Below are positions 62,128-64,000 of a stretch of DNA of 64,000 nt, one piece after another. This DNA comes from Haliotis cracherodii (taxonomy: Eukaryota): positions 35,340,001-35,404,000 of the forward strand of contig NW_027266266.1 of assembly GCF_022045235.1 (NCBI RefSeq). The letters run 5' to 3'. How positions within the stretch are numbered: the stretch's first letter is position 1; every line of letters begins with the position of its first letter. A program made the translations under genes and the position numbers. Below the pieces are notes generated by a model. It saw nothing but the letters and a program-made list of their open reading frames with translations, was not told the origin of the DNA and made no database searches.

Positions 62128-64000
62128 TTCATAACACGAACAGGATCTTATACCACCATAACACGAACAAGATCACACACCACCATAACACGAACAGGAT
62201 CCAAAACCACCATAACATGAACAGGATCACACACCACCATAACATAACAGGATCACACACCACCATAACATGAACAGGATCACACATGACCATAATACGA
62301 CCAGGACCACACACTACCATAACATGAACAGGATCAGACCCCACCATCACATGAACAGGATCACACGCCACCATAACACGAAAAGGATCAGACCCCACCA
62401 TAACATGAACAGGATCAGACCCCACCATAACACGAAAAGGATCAGACCCCACCATAACATGAACAGGATCACACACCACCATAACATGAACAGCATCACA
62501 CAGCACCGTAACACGAAACAGGATCACACATGACCATAACATGAACAAGATCACACATCACCATTACACGAACAGCATCACACATCACCATAACAAGACC
62601 AGGACCACATGCTGACATAACATGAACAGGATCACACACCTTCATTACAGAAACAGGATCACACACCACCACAACACAAGCAGGATCTCACACCACCATA
62701 ACATGAACAGGATCACACGCCACCACAACACAAACAGGATCACACGCCACCATAACATGAACAGGATCACACGCCACCATAACATGAACAGGATCACACA
62801 CCACCATAACATGAACAGGATCACACGCCACCATAACATGAACAGGATCACACGCCACCACAACACAAACAGGATCACACGCCACCATAACATGAACAGG
62901 ATCACACGCCACCATAACACAAACAGGATCAAACGCCACCATAACATGAACAGGATCACACGCCACCATAACATGAACAGGATCACACACCACCATAACA
63001 TGAACAGGATCACACGCCACCATAACATGAACAGGATCACACGCCACCATAACATGAACAGGATCACACGCCACCATAACATGAACAGGATCACACACCA
63101 CCACAACACAAACAGGATCACACGCCACCATAACATGAACAGGATCACACGCCACCATAACATGAACAGGATCACACACCACCATAACATGAACAGGATC
63201 ACACGCCACCACAACACAAACAGGATCACACGCCACCACAACACAAACAGGATCACACGCCACCACAACACAAACAGGATCACACGCCATCATAACAGGA
63301 ACAGTATCACACACAACCATAACATGAACAGGATCGCACGCCACCATAACATGAACAGGATCACACGCCATCATAACAGGAACAGGATCACACGCCACCA
63401 TAACAGGAACAGGATCACACGCCACCACAACATGAACAGGATCACACGCCACCATAACATGAACAGGCTCTCACACCACCATAACATGAACAGGATCACA
63501 CGCCACCATAACATGAACAGGATCACACGCCACCATAACACGAACGGGATCACACGCCATCATAACATGTAAAGGATCACACACCACCATAACATGAACA
63601 GGATCACACGCCACCATAACATGAACAGGATCACACATCACCATAACACAAACAGGATCACACGCCACCATAACATGAACAGGATCACACGCCACCATAA
63701 CATGAACAGGATCACACACCACCACAACACAAACAGGATCACACGCCACCATAATATGAACAGGATCACACGCCACCATAACATGAACAGGATCACATAA
63801 CACCATAACACGAAAAGGATCAGACCCCACCATAACATGTACAGGATCAGACCCCACCTTAACATGAACAGGATCACACATGACCATAACACGAACAGGA
63901 TCAGACCCCACCATAACATGAACAGAATCGCACGCCACCATAACACGAACAGGATCAGACCACACCTTAACATGAACAGGATCACACGCCACCATAACAT
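62128..64000. repeat. 27-bp minisatellite, >65 copies, continues past the window end
   Basis: Unit CACCATAACATGAACAGGATCACACGC. Confidence 0.95.

Noticed and set aside
62129-64000. His/Arg-rich (HHNMNRITR)n ORF and its antisense ORFs
   Set aside because: Artefact of a 27-bp minisatellite, open in several frames on both strands.

Overview
Eukaryotic (metazoan) genomic DNA. The SINE families, (ACTC)n tails and CpG-depleted gene bodies suggest a mollusc, possibly a gastropod such as abalone; this is an inference. Two spliced protein-coding genes lie on the + strand. The first is the last three exons of a Rabaptin-5/RABEP1-like gene ending in a FYVE domain (115-1635). The second is a complete 7-exon SH2B/Lnk adaptor gene (15723-56700, 574 aa; Phe-zipper, PH, SH2, C-terminal [10 protein letters not shown]) with a 35-kb first intron. 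The rest is non-coding: four SINE-like families (my labels A-D), a dead Tc1 (DD34E) transposon next to a 160-N gap, several MITEs, and about 14 unrelated minisatellite arrays (~13 kb) that explain all the long repetitive ORFs. Most notable: (i) SINE-B has a TSD-defined 5' end that is a structured, pseudoknot-capable leader rather than a tRNA head; (ii) SINE-C (ACTC)n tails sit in the branch-point window of the terminal exon of both genes; (iii) (ACTC)n-tailed SINEs show a strong sense-strand bias; (iv) a strong-Kozak uORF ends 2 nt before the SH2B start codon.
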